A stretch of DNA of 54,987 nucleotides, filler included, from Squatina squatina (GCA_031763465.1; 4 parts of 3 records of this genome joined end to end with filler, not necessarily neighbours in it), one strand, 5' to 3'. Positions 1 to 11,650 are shown, counted from the first letter of the whole stretch. Made by a program: numbers and translations. Notes: a model not told the origin generated them from the sequence alone.

Positions 1-769
1 CCACTGAGCTACGGCTGACATTTAATGTCAATTAAAAGGAGAGTAAGGCTTCTTTTAAGCCTTTGGACGTCTGCCAACTAAGAACTAGGTGCAGCTACCC
101 AAACTCATTTCGTACAAGACAGAGTCCTGACAACAAGGGATTTCCCTCTCCTAGCCCTGACGTAGGCTGGATCCAAATATAAAACAACTGGTTGCTGCCG
201 TGAACTGAGAGTGTCTCCCAATCGTTGCAATTGATTGATTACAGATAATTAGCAATCACTATATATTACTGTAAAATCTGGCATGTGGTGCCGCCACGTG
301 TACAAAGTCTCTGATTTTATGCCAGCCAGATGGACAAATTTGAAGATTCTGCTTGCACATATATCATGCTCCCAAGTCATTGGCAGATTATAGTACAATA
401 GATTTGTAGGTCCATTGAGAATTGACATTAAATGTGGGTTATCTCACATTACCATCGAACCAGTGTATCCATTTGTGTTCATTCACTTTGCAATTACTGT
501 TGGCAGTGGAAAATCAATTAAAAGTCATCACTAACTACTTGTTAGTTAGAATGTTATTTAATTATTACCGATCGAGTCATTGCACACCAGTAGTACTGAA
601 CTAATTGTCAAAAATATAGACATGTTGAGGTATTCGAATCAGCAGCATAGATAACCTATGTTGCTGAGTCCTCGGGCAAAGATGAATTTGAGTTTCTGAA
701 CATAATTACAAAACATATACGAGAGTAAATTGGTGCTCTGATAAAGGAGTGCTATTCCATAATTGATGT

Positions 770-941
770 TTCCAAATCCCTCCACGGCCTCACCCCTCCC
801 TATCTCCTCCAGCCTCACAATCTCGGTCTTCTCTGTGCTCCTCCAATTCTGCCCTCTTGAGCATCCCCGATTTTAATCGTTTCACCATTGGTGGCCGTAC
901 CTTTAGTTGCTAAAGCCCCAAGCTCTGGAATTCCCTCCCTG
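770..941 (+). mobile_element. L2-clade LINE 3' fragment
   Basis: TCCAAATCCCTCCACGGCCTCACCCCTCCCTATCTC...GGTGGCCGTACCTTTAG...CTCTGGAATTCCCTCCCT matches the typical L2 ORF2 end; same family at 10505, 50021 and 52413. Confidence 0.7.
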
Positions 942-1943
942 CCTATGATCCAAGAGACAACACTAGAAAATAACATTCATTTCCAGCAGAATCTGCTGGA
1001 GTTTGCACTCAGTGTGAATTAATGGAGCACACTGCAAACATGTGCTCTGACCCATCTGCACCCTGGTCCTTTTCCAGTCAAAGACTTGATAGAGCTCGTT
1101 GAACAAGATCCCTCACTATACTGCCACCACCCAAGCTGGAAAATGTTTGTAGATATTGGGCAAGGACACGAGTAGGCTTTGTGTAGAATAGGCTGCAAAC
1201 ACTGTCTGAACTCACTGAGTTAGCAGCCTATTCTACCATTTGAGTGAGGTACTAACAGGGCTGCCGATGTACTGAGCCACACGATAGCAAGAGACCTTCA
1301 GACAAAGTGAGAGAAATGTTTTAAATTTAAATCTGCTGTGAGTTATACAGGGTAAACTGTAGGAAGCAGAAGACTCTTTGAGGTTAAAATTGCTGCTGTC
1401 AGCCACTCTGCCTAACTGTTGGAAAGCAGGAAAAAGTAATGGCTGACGGAAAATAGTTTCCAAGATGACGCCTTTGAATAGCACTGCTCCATTTGGTTCC
1501 CGACTGCACCTCAACAGCTGAAGTTGTCGTTGTCATCGACAGGTGCTAAGGTAAGTTGCACAGGGCAATGCGCACAGTGACGATNNNNNNNNNNNNNNNN
1601 NNNNNNNNNNNNNNNNNNNNNNNNNNNNNNNNNNNNNNNNNNNNNNNNNNNNNNNNNNNNNNNNNNNNNNNNNNNNNNNNNNNNNNNNNNNNNNNNNNNN
1701 NNNNNNNNNNNNNNNNNNNNNNNNNNNNNNNNNNNNNNNNNNNNNNNNNNNNNNNNNNNNNNNNNNNNNNNNNNNNNNNNNNNNNNNNNNNNNNNNNNNN
1801 NNNNNNNNNNNNNNNNNNNNNNNNNNNNNNNNNNNNNNNNNNNNNNNNNNNNNNNNNNNNNNNNNNNNNNNNNNNNNNNNNNNNNNNNNNNNNNNNNNNN
1901 NNNNNNNNNNNNNNNNNNNNNNNNNNNNNNNNNNNNNNNNNNN

Positions 1944-2018
1944 CTCAGGAGTGGGACTTGAACCCACAACCTTCTGACTCAGAGGAAAGAGTGCTGCCCA
2001 CTGAGCCACAGCTGACAC
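1944..2018 (-). mobile_element. tRNA-derived SINE head (SacSINE1/DeuSINE-like); remainder lost in the N gap
   Basis: Minus strand has a Pol III A box (TGGCTCAGTGG) and B box (GGTTCAAGTCC). Bases 1-20 carry the same head end. Confidence 0.8.
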
Positions 2019-3239
2019 AGATGCATTCACAGCAGATCTAATGAATCTTACACAAAAGTGGCACTGTTACTCTTGCCTGGAATTTCCAATTCCTGTACCT
2101 GGGAGAACTGGGTCACCTGGGCACAGCAAACACAGGAAAAGCGGGGAAGGAAAAGCAGACACCCATTCGGGAGCCTGCCTGGCTTTCTGCTCAAAAATGA
2201 ATGGAATACTTGGTGGGCTTCTGTACAGATGTGCATTCCTCCTCACCCAATTTTCCTGTAGTTGCTGTGCGCAGACGACCCAATACACCTAGTTTCAGGG
2301 CCAGGAAACTGTTGTGTTCCTTACTTGTTACATGAGGCACATAAAATTTCATCCAGTCTTGCACCCCAGCAGTCATCCATCCTATCCTTATTCATGTTAT
2401 GCATTGTTTGGAATCATCTCTTCCTCACCAACCGAAAACATGGACTAAGCAACGCCAATCTGCTGAGTCCTTCCAACATTTTCTATTTTTGTTCAAAATT
2501 TTCCAGCATCCTCAGTATTCTGCTTCATCAGTCCATCGTGGAGGCTCCCGCTACACCTAGGGAAACTTAGATTCACTTACACTGTGGCACAGCGTGATAC
2601 AGAGCAGCAATTGGGCACCTCAGACAACATAAAGGAAATAGCTGGAGCCCATTAAAAATACAATAGTTCTCAGAATTTAATTTGTTGATGTTAAATTATT
2701 CAGGAAATTATTATAAAGCCACTTCAGAATGCTGCTGAAACAATATTATGCCCCACTAAATATCATTCAGATTGCTTTATAACTTAATGCTTTACACTTC
2801 AGTCAATCTGAAAACGTCCTTTTTCCTTCTATAAAATTCTGGAATTTTCAAAACTAAATCAGCAAATCATGTCACAGCACAGTTTGCCGTAGGTATTCTC
2901 CCATCCTGACTTGCCATTTGGAACATTTCCAATTACCCACATTTGAAATGTATGAGATTGGAATAAATATCAATGCCCACTAAAGTGTGAGCTCTGAAAA
3001 CAGCAAGCACTCTCAGGCTCTCTGGAGATTTATAAGTCAGGTGCACAAATCACCTTGGGATGGAGTAGAAAATGATCTCTGTGTTTAAAAATGCAGAGCC
3101 TTTTTCCTTTCTGCTAGGAAGGGTTTAAACAGAAAAAGTGCTGTGCCTCCAGAAGGCACAGACTCTTGGTGGGATATGATCCAGCGGTTTCAGTGCCTCT
3201 TCTAACTGGTCATTTTTTTTCTGTGAGCCGGGACGGCAA

Positions 3240-3440
3240 TGCCAGCTGCCTACATAACACGAGAGGTCCCCAAGTCCAGGCATGTGCACTCTCCAGCAGG
3301 TATCTCTGAACAGGTATGGGAATCCCAGCTGAGCATCACTGAGGACAATTGTAGCGCCCCCTACTGCCGTTGGGCTAAACTCACGAACTCAGAACAGACT
3401 GGGAATCGAACCTGGAATCTTTGGTCTTGTGCCTTACAGG
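3240..3440 (-). mobile_element. Old tRNA-derived SINE copy (family not named)
   Basis: Minus-strand B box GGTTCGATTCCC; body resembles degenerate copies near 1090-1270, 30720-31020 and 33683-33870. Confidence 0.5.
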
Positions 3441-3887
3441 CCCCGTTTTCTTTGAATCAAGAGTGGTGCAAGCAGCCAGTACAATCATACTCACACCACT
3501 CACAGAAAAACATCAAATACAACAAAATAATTTATACAAGAGTGGATTGGAATAAAATACAGTAATACCGTATTAACGAGATGTGTAAAACCTGGTGTGA
3601 TCCAATCCAGGTTATTAAAATGACAGGGTTCCCTACCCTCTTCCTGATCTTGCACATACTATTCCTGATAAATAGAATGTTCTGTAACATTGAATATAAT
3701 TAAGATCCCCCACAATGGTTGTCCAACTTCATTGCAGCAGTTATTATTTCTTAAACCACACTAACATTATTGCAACCATCATTAAAACCATAACTCAAAC
3801 TTTATGCTACATCTAAAAAGCAACAGAAGCCCACATGTTGCTCTGTTTAACCATTTATATTATTACATTTATTTGGGTGTTTCCCAG

Positions 3888-4020
3888 GGTTTTCAGTCCT
3901 TCGAGTGAAATCCATGAGGCCACACGAGCCAAAATAAAAACAGTCTCCTCGACTCTGCCCAGTGCCTACTCAACCTTCTATGAGGAATACATGCAGTACA
4001 CAGGCTGGCCGCTATTTTGA
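3888..4020 (+). CDS. Candidate terminal coding exon of an unidentified gene
   Basis: Acceptor TTTCCCAG| (alternative in-frame TTTTCAG| at 3896); open frame VFSPSSEIHEATRAKIKTVSSTLPSAYSTFYEEYMQYTGWPLF*, followed by AT-rich UTR-like sequence. Protein not recognised. Confidence 0.45.
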
Positions 4021-4869
4021 TACACAGTGAAAAGATTTAATCCCCCTTACAATGACACAACCCAACCCTTCTACTTCACAATAATTGCTTTTGACCACAA
4101 TCAGCTGTTCTGACATTGTTTGGGCACGATTTCATAGATCATCACCTTATGTGTTCTCATACCATGTTCATTATTTAAAAATTGAAAATCTTAGTGACTT
4201 TGAATAATACATTTTCAGGAAGATCTTGAATCCTTACAGTCAGTAAACCTAACTTGGACAAATTGTGATTTTATTTTATTTCTAAAGGTTGTGTGGAGTT
4301 TGATTTAATCAGCATATCTGTGATTAAATTAAAATAAGGTGATAATGGCAGAATTATCATAGTACCAACAATATACATTAAATACAATGATATGCAAGTT
4401 GGTCACAACACATATAGTGGTGAGACATTTTACAACAGCCTTGGGGTAGAAATTTGTCTTGGATGGTAGTGCAGAACGAGTCGTATAGTATGGGTGCCGG
4501 CTATATTACCCGCCAANNNNNNNNNNNNNNNNNNNNNNNNNNNNNNNNNNNNNNNNNNNNNNNNNNNNNNNNNNNNNNNNNNNNNNNNNNNNNNNNNNNN
4601 NNNNNNNNNNNNNNNNTTGGCAATGCATACATTACTGCGACTATAGTTATGACAGAGTTTTTATCTGCAGCAGTTTATGAAGAAACATACTGGACGCAAC
4701 GGAAGGAAATGAGACAGGGTGACGAAACTGAAACAATTAGAGAAAAAAACTAATAAAATAAAAAGGCATATGACAGATGAAAATGAATCAAGAGTTTGTA
4801 AGTATGGACATTTCAGAAGCCCACCAGTTAGTCTGCCAAGAAAAAGCACCATATTCCATCACCCCTCAT

Positions 4870-5075
4870 TACATAGAATGTACAGCACACAAACATGTCA
4901 TTTGGCCCAATAGCTCATGTTCCACATGACCCTCCTCCTACCCTACTTCATCTCACCCTATCTGCATATCCTTCTATTCCTTTCTCCCTCATGAGTTTAT
5001 CCAGCTTCCCCTTAAAAGCATCTATACTATTCACATACTGCTCCATGTGGCAGCGAGTTCCACATTCTCACCACT
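4870..5075 (-). mobile_element. CR1 LINE 3' end
   Basis: ACATAGAATGTACAGCAC...TTTGGCCCA...GCAGCGAGTTCCACATTCTCACCACT is the reverse complement of a CR1 ORF2 end and 3' UTR. Confidence 0.7.
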
Positions 5076-5177
5076 AGTTCACTGCCCCACTTCTGCAATT
5101 TTTCCACATAGAATCCCCCCTAAGGCCTGTGGAATGACACCAGCAATAGTTTGGAAAGGTTGTTTTTACCGTTATTT

Positions 5178-5601
5178 AACATACAAACATACAATGAAGA
5201 AGAAAGGAGAAGACTAGCTGGCCCATCGAGCCTGCCCGATCATGCGTGATGTAACTTCCGCACATCGAGACCTCACCCCCAATGCAATCTCCTGGAACAG
5301 CCCAAAAAACCCCACTAAAAATACTTTTAGGTCCATTTTAGGAGAAAGGTCTGAGAAATTCCGCTCCACTCCAAGGGCAATTGAGCAAGCTCAAGAGACT
5401 GCGGTGACACAGCGCCCAGTGACCCAGCAACCTTCTATATGTAGAAATAGCCACCCAGTTCCCTTTTCAATCCGTGCAGAGAACCCTCACTCACTGCACA
5501 GGTCGGCAACGTATTCCAGAGGTCAACGACTCTCTACGGAAAGAAGTACCTCCTAACATCTAACCTAGTTCTATGTTTTCGTAACTGGTACTCAGGTCCC
5601 C
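5178..5601 (-). mobile_element. CR1 LINE 3' end, second family
   Basis: AACATAC tail repeats, GGCCCATCGAGCCTG hairpin motif, then TTCCAGAGGTCAACGACTCTCTACGGAAAGAAG, the antisense of the CR1 ORF2 C-terminus. Confidence 0.6.
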
Positions 5602-6139
5602 CTAATCAATCAAGCTCAAATAACCCACAAGTTGTTATTCATCTAGTTAGTTTGTGATTTGCTATCTTTTTTGATAAATTTACTGGCACAGGCATGATGA
5701 GCCGATTAATTTGGCGATGAGGTTAGATGAAGTAGGGCGGGAGGAGGCTCGTGTGGAGCATGTGCGCCATTCTATGATATATATATTTTTTAAATAGCAT
5801 AGTTAATGTGCAAAAAAAAAGCATCTTCACTGAAACGATCTCAACTCCATTCTCAACTGCAGCTTGAAAAGTTTATAATTCACAGTCCAGTCTCAGAATA
5901 ATTGCAGCAGACACTTAAAATAAGTTAATGCCTCATGAATATGTCATCTGCCACCACAAATATATGAAGTGTGGCCATTAATGTCAAATCAGCAATTTTT
6001 TAAAAAAGTTTTATTGAACAGTGCGAGGNNNNNNNNNNNNNNNNNNNNNNNNNNNNNNNNNNNNNNNNNNNNNNNNNNNNNNNNNNNNNNNNNNNNNNNN
6101 NNNNNNNNNNNNNNNNNNNNNNNNNNNNCCTGCCGAATT

Positions 6140-6508
6140 TCAGGCCCCTTAGGTTTTATAAATGAGAACATAGAGTACGAGTATTCAAAGTAATGATAAA
6201 TTTGCACAAAATAAATGGTTAGGCTACAGAGTATTATGTGCAGTTTTTATATAACCTATTATAGGAAGTATATTCTCGCACTAGAATGATGCCAGGGATG
6301 CGAAATAGTCGTTATGAGAAGAGACTTGAGATGTTGAGACCAAGACAGAGATCGATAGATTTCTACATATTAAAGACATCAAGGAATATGGGGATTGGGC
6401 AGGAAAATGGCGTTGAGGTTGAAGATCAGCCATGATCTTATTGAATGGTGGAGCAGGCTCGAGGGGCCGAATGGCCTACTCCTGCTCCTATTTCACGTGT
6501 TCTTATGT
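6140..6508 (+). mobile_element. CR1/HER1-type LINE: degenerate ORF2 C-terminus and 3' UTR
   Basis: Fragments LGFINENIEY and PYYRKYILALE, then GATCAGCCATGATCTTATTGAATGGTGGAGCAGGCTCGAGGGGCCGAATGGCCTACTCCTGCTCCT, recalled as the elasmobranch HER1 LINE/HE1 SINE tail. Confidence 0.8.
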
Positions 6509-7640
6509 ACCATGTTTCAGCGAGAACAAATCAAAATAGACGAAAAAGATTAATCAATGAAGGAGTTAAAGATGTGCTTTTCATACTGTTAAAATGTTGC
6601 AATTTTTCAGTACCATAAGATCATAATTAGCTTCGTTACTATGGTAACCATTAATTAAATTTCTTGAATTTTCTACATCCACAGTTACTCCGACTCATAT
6701 AATAAACATACAAACAAGGACCCGTTTCGCTTGAGTGACTTATCAAGCATGAAGATAAAAAAGAATTTGTTGAGTTGCTGCCATGAAGACTGATAACTCA
6801 CTAATTTCCATATTAAATTCCCTAAGTGCTGCTTCCTTACCCAACGACCAGGCTTTAATGCCTTAATCAAGCAAGCTCAGTGTCATTTCAATGTTATAAC
6901 TCTATTTATGATATTACTACTAATTATAGATTTTGAAAAGTTGGGTAACACCAGGGCACTGTAATCTCTGTCTCTCTTCACTCAAATTACGTGAAGACTC
7001 CCTTTGTTACCACTGTATTACTGCAACCCTGCTATATTAGGGCGATCATCTGTCAGAGCGAATTTGTTGAATGTGAATATCTATTGGACAATTTACACCA
7101 AATAATCTATGTTTGTACAAGAAACATTGGATCGTAATTGGTGCTGTCTCATTTCATTATAAAGTCTGGTGTTTAAGGTAAGATTTTATAATGTATGTTA
7201 CATTAAACATACATGGTGCCCATCCATTTAAAATGAACAAAACAACAACACAGAATTACACTTAATTTGCTGTGCGTTAAATGCGGTAATATCTTGATAG
7301 ACTTTATAAGCTGTGAAACCAAAGGTTTATCCGTCATTGGTATTATAAGCAGGCCTCATGTCCTTTATGAACTGGAGTGTGCCTTTGCCTGTCCAATATT
7401 AACATAGCTGCAGTGGCACGCAGGAGTCAGATAGAGAATCCATGTCAATAAGAATATAAGAACATAAGAAATAGGAGCAGGAGTAGGNNNNNNNNNNNNN
7501 NNNNNNNNNNNNNNNNNNNNNNNNNNNNNNNNNNNNNNNNNNNNNNNNNNNNNNNNNNNNNNNNNNNNNNNNNNNNNNNNNNNNNNNAGGAGGAATGTTG
7601 GCCAGGAGACTTGGAGAGCTCCTGCCCAACATAGTCCTGC

Positions 7641-7990
7641 TCCAGAGACTTGAACACATCAATCTAGGCTGACACTCCCAATGCAGTGCTGAGGGAGTGC
7701 TGCACTGTCAGAGGGGCTGTCTTTCAGATGAGACGTTAAACCGAGGCCCCATCTACTCTCTCAGGTGGACATAAAAGATCCTTATGCACTATTTTGAAGA
7801 AGAGTAGGGGGGTTATCCCCAGTGTCCTGGGCCAATATGTATCCCTCAACCAGCATCACTAAAAACAAATTATCTGGTCATTATCACATTGCTGTTTGTG
7901 GAAGCTTGCTGGGCAGAAGTTGGCTCGCCTCTTTGTTTAGAATGGAATGGTCATTGCACTTGGCAGCCACTAATTGTATCTGAAACACTT
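7641..7990 (+). mobile_element. DeuSINE (SacSINE1/AmnSINE1-related) Deu domain
   Basis: GTCTTTCAGATGAGACGTTAAACCGAGG...CTCTCTCAGGTGGAC...TATCTGGTCATTATCACATTGCTGTTTGTGG matches the Deu core as recalled. Confidence 0.85.
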
Positions 7991-8169
7991 TAGGGGGTTT
8001 CTCGGATACCGAATAAGACAAATTATAAAAGCAAGTATTTTTTCTCCCTATTTCGGAAACTTCACCTTTCCAAATGACACTAGAGCATATTTTAAAACTT
8101 GATTTATCACCAAACTCTTTGTTATTATAGACACACAACTGATGTTAGAATGACCTTCTGACCCTCCCA

Positions 8170-8900
8170 CAATGACGCCTCGGAGGCGGCAGAACCAAAT
8201 AATCGATGCCTGCACAAAACCTTGAATGAAAAATACCCGAATCGCAGTGAAATGTCTCTGCTTGTGGGCTGCCGTGTCCCGGGATTTGCGGGCGCACTCA
8301 CTTCCTTCGCCTTTTTCGGCAGTGCACCGGGCGCTTCCTTGCTTTGATCAGTAGGGGTCGTGCAGTGTCAGTGTGTGCACTTTCAGAGTCACATCCAAAT
8401 GGGGGTCTCTCTCTCTCTCCTCCTTCACTGCGCACTCCTCAAATATGGCGGAGACTGATTGAAATCTGAGCTTTGAGATACGCCAGAGAGGGGAGGGGGG
8501 GCAAGGAAGAGGAGAATAAAAAACACTCTGTTGGAAAAAAGTAAGTACTGGATCCCCGCGGAGATGGAGAGGGTGAATCACTGGGGATAAAACATCCCAC
8601 CCGACCCTCGTCTGCAAACAAGGGGAGTGGGGAAGAGGGGAGAGAAACAAAAGCGCAGGCTTTTTAACAGGAGCAAGAAGCAGAATCGCGCTGGATGTTT
8701 TGTAACTCGGCTGAATGTATCCCCTTGCGCTTTGTATCCAGTGCAATGTATCCAATATACTGTATACAGTGCAATGTATCTAATATAATGTATCCAGTGA
8801 AATGTATCCAATCCGGTGTGCGTCCGGTGCTGGGCAGTCTCTGGTGGCGCCGCATGCAATTATGCATTTTTTTTAATGCATCGCACTCCTCTCCAAGCAC
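8170..8900. promoter_or_regulatory. CpG-rich candidate bidirectional promoter with divergent first exons
   Basis: Locally high CpG; YY1-like AAATATGGCGG at 8441; TGCGCAC at 8429; plus-strand donor GTAAGT at 8541 and minus-strand donor GTGAGT at 8301-8296, both pointing outward. Confidence 0.55.
8733..8816. repeat. 14-bp tandem repeat x6 with 28-bp dimer structure
   Basis: Alternating TGTATCCAGTGCAA and TGTATCCAATATAC-type units. Confidence 0.9.
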
Positions 8901-8934
8901 GGGCTGTTTGCTGGTTTTATGCCCGTTGCATTGT

Positions 8935-9192
8935 GCTGCTCTCTGTCCCTCCTGGTTATATCACTCTCTATCCCTCCCATTCAAATCACTTTCTGTGCCT
9001 CAAAGTATTATCACTCTCTGTCCCTCCCATTAATGTTGCTCTCTGTCCCTCTGAGTAATATCACTCTCTGTCCCTCCCAGTAATATTGCTCTCTGTCCCT
9101 CCGCACATCCCAGTATTATCACTCTCTATCCCTCCCAGTAATATCTATCTCTGTTCCTCCCAGTAATATCGCTCTCCCTCCATTCAAGTATA
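8935..9192. repeat. ~25-bp minisatellite
   Basis: Unit approximately TATCACTCTCTGTCCCTCCCAGTAA, about 9 copies running into an N gap. Confidence 0.9.
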
Positions 9193-10504
9193 NNNNNNNN
9201 NNNNNNNNNNNNNNNNNNNNNNNNNNNNNNNNNNNNNNNNNNNNNNNNNNNNNNNNNNNNNNNNNNNNNNNNNNNNNNNNNNNNNNNNNNNNATTGTGCT
9301 TTTTTTTTTGGTAAACACTTTTTGACCGTTTAGTCCCAGAGCCCACTTCGAGTTTGACCATCCAGAGCGAGCATCAAGCAGTCTGAGCTCCCAGATCAAG
9401 TATGCGATGGTTACATGCCAACTAAAACTGCCTCTACTCTATCCCAAACTCTCAAGAGCTCAACCAATTTTCCATTTACCACACCAGCCTCCCGGAGTGA
9501 GGGTGTCAGTTTCATACCAGTTCGCCCTGTTAGGGGCATTTGCATTCAATGGATAAACGACCGAGAGCAGCTGGATTGGCACAGCCCAAATTAATGTCTT
9601 ATGGGATCATCGGCCGAAAGACTCATTTCCACCATGTGAATTGGATTTTATCCATTACGCCATTTCGTTCTCTTCCCTGCCCTCCAGTTATACTTAACAT
9701 ATCTTTTGCAGCTAATTATCATTTTTTTTTAAATTAGATTTTTAATTAAAATCTTCATGTTCAAATGAGTTGATTTGTTCTTTCATAATGTTCATTTGAA
9801 GCCAGTTTGGCTCATTTGTTTGCTTAAAGACCTGACTTATTTTTCCAAGGTTATCTGTTGTATTTATTGAGTCTGTGCATTTTTCAACCTGAAACCGATA
9901 ATTTAAGCAGTCAGTAAGAACGTTGTCAGTTGATTATCCAAAGCCCATTGAAGTTCCGCCCTTGATCTTCACTTAACAGATTATTATCTCTCCAGTATTT
10001 CAACATCTGGAACGATTCTTTAATTATCTCTTCATAATAGATTGACTCATCAAATGAACGGAGTTTGGGGCCAAGTGGTTGGATCATGGGCCCAGTCTTG
10101 TAAGCTGGAGCTTATTTTGTTTTTCTTCATTTCCTGTTTCATTGTTGTTGAACCTTGCACAATTTAAAGTTTTTTTTTAATGCAGCATTTTCTAAAGTGT
10201 TTGCAATCTAGTAGCACAATTCCAATATGACTGGGTAGTTCATTGTTGTCATTTAGGTAAACCACTTTATCAGGCCTGCTTTTTTCTCTCTTCCTCGTTT
10301 CCCAGCTGTCCAGAAGATGCATGCAACCTTTTGTGCGCTCCCTGCAGGGCTGACTGTTCAATGGTGTCTGATCTTAACTTGGGTTGTTTGGAGGAATGGC
10401 ACTTTTGCTGTCTACCTGCATTTCCTTTGGCGCACTTGGAAACATTTGAAGTGTGCCATCTCTTCTGACCACCTAGCGCAGGAGCTGTATTCATGATCCT
10501 AAAT

Positions 10505-10767
10505 GCGCATCCCTTGATTTTAATTGACAGCCGTGCCTTCAGTTGCTGAGGCCCTGAGCTCTGAAATTCCCTCCCTAAACTTCTCCACCCCTTTCCTCCT
10601 TTTTAAGACGCTCCTTAAAACCTACCTCTTTGACCAAGCTTTTGGTCATCTGCCCTAATATCGCCTTGTGTATCTTGGTGTCAAATTTTGTTTGAGAACG
10701 CTTCTGTGACACGTCGTGGGACAATTTTATTATGCTAAAGGTGCTATATAAATTCAAGTTGTTGTTG
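10505..10767 (+). mobile_element. L2-clade LINE 3' end
   Basis: CCGTGCCTTCAG...CTCCTTAAAACCTACCTCTTTGACCAAGCTTTTGG...GGTGCTATATAAAT followed by a (GTT)n tail. Confidence 0.8.
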
Positions 10768-10776
10768 CTATTTGCC

Positions 10777-10970
10777 TAAGGCGACCAGATCTTTACAACT
10801 AAAATCGGGGACAAAACTTACCTTCCAGTCTGTGCGTGCGCAATCAGTCTCCAGCGGGACTGCAGTTTTTCGTTCTCGCTCATGGGAAACCGGGACATTT
10901 GAGCAATTTGAAGGTAAGTGTCGGGACACCGAGACGTTTACTGAAAAAAAACGGGACATCTGGTCACCTA
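10777..10970. mobile_element. Complete 194-bp hAT-superfamily MITE
   Basis: TIRs TAAGGCGACCAGAT...ATCTGGTCACCTA; perfect 8-bp TSD TATTTGCC at 10769-10776 and 10971-10978; internal GGGAC subterminal motifs. Confidence 0.9.
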
Positions 10971-11077
10971 TATTTGCCAAAACTGCTGTGGGATCCTGCT
11001 GCCCACCAGGGATTTTGTCCAAGCAGAGGTTGGAATTTGCAGTTGGAATGTTGGCAACTCTGCAAATGCCCATATAA

Positions 11078-11198
11078 GAGGGATATGGAGATCGGGCGGG
11101 AAAGTGAAGTTGAGGTAGAAGATCAGCCAAGTTCTTGTTGAATGGTGGAGCAGGCTTGAGGGGCCGAATGGTTCACTCCTCCTGATTCTTATGTTATG
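11078..11198 (+). mobile_element. HER1/CR1 3' tail
   Basis: Same tail as 6380-6508 (GAAGATCAGCC...GAATGGTGGAGCAGGCTTGAGGGGCCGAATGG). Confidence 0.8.
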
Positions 11199-11550
11199 AC
11201 ATAATTATTGGACTAACATTGGATCATGATTAGTTTGCATTTCAAATGGCTTGAGCTTCAGTTTCAAACTTCAGTGAGATAATGAACAGCTAGTCAGATG
11301 GTTCTGTGGTATCGTGACACAATAGGAGACGTGCAAAGTGAATCCGTTTCGATTCTAACTTTTTCCTTGGGCACCGATGCATCTCACGTGCTGAGAATCT
11401 GGTTAATCTGGCGACCTGGTTGTTTTTGTTTGCAGCACCAATTACACAAGCAGTCTTGCCCGGTCAGCATTACTGTTCCTCACCTCCACACACACGCCTG
11501 TGCTGCACTGGACTGGGACAAATAACGAACTCCGATTGAACAGACTGGGG

Positions 11551-11650
11551 TAAAAACAGAAAATGCTGGGAATACTCGGCAGGTCTGTGGAGAGAGAAAC
11601 CGAGTTAACGTTTCAGGTCGATGGCCCTTCGTCAGAACTGGAAAAAGTTT
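11551..11650 (+). mobile_element. High-copy shark repeat terminus, probably Penelope-like
   Basis: AAAAACAGAAAATGCTGGGAATACTCGGCAGGTC...GAGAGAGAAACCGAGTTAACGTTTCAGGTCG; inverted copies near 2452-2525 and 39118-39190. The Penelope assignment is from memory. Confidence 0.6.

Noticed and set aside
1351-1556. Exon ending at AAG|GTAAGT (1550/1551)
   Set aside because: Strong donor, but the frames I checked are closed upstream and give no recognisable peptide; could be UTR but unsupported.
1944-2018. tRNA gene
   Set aside because: It has A and B boxes but matches a SINE head repeated at bases 1-20; no complete cloverleaf or terminator is visible.
1511-2041. Long ORFs rich in X, here and at 15108-15950, 18261-18536, 28666-29787 and elsewhere
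   Set aside because: They are open only because N runs contain no stop codons.
4671-4803. Exon-like stretch TTTATCTGCAG|...|GTAAGT
   Set aside because: In-frame stops within it and no recognisable homology.
10306-10500. Strong acceptor TTTTTCTCTCTTCCTCGTTTCCCAG
   Set aside because: None of the three frames gives a recognisable protein and no clear donor follows.
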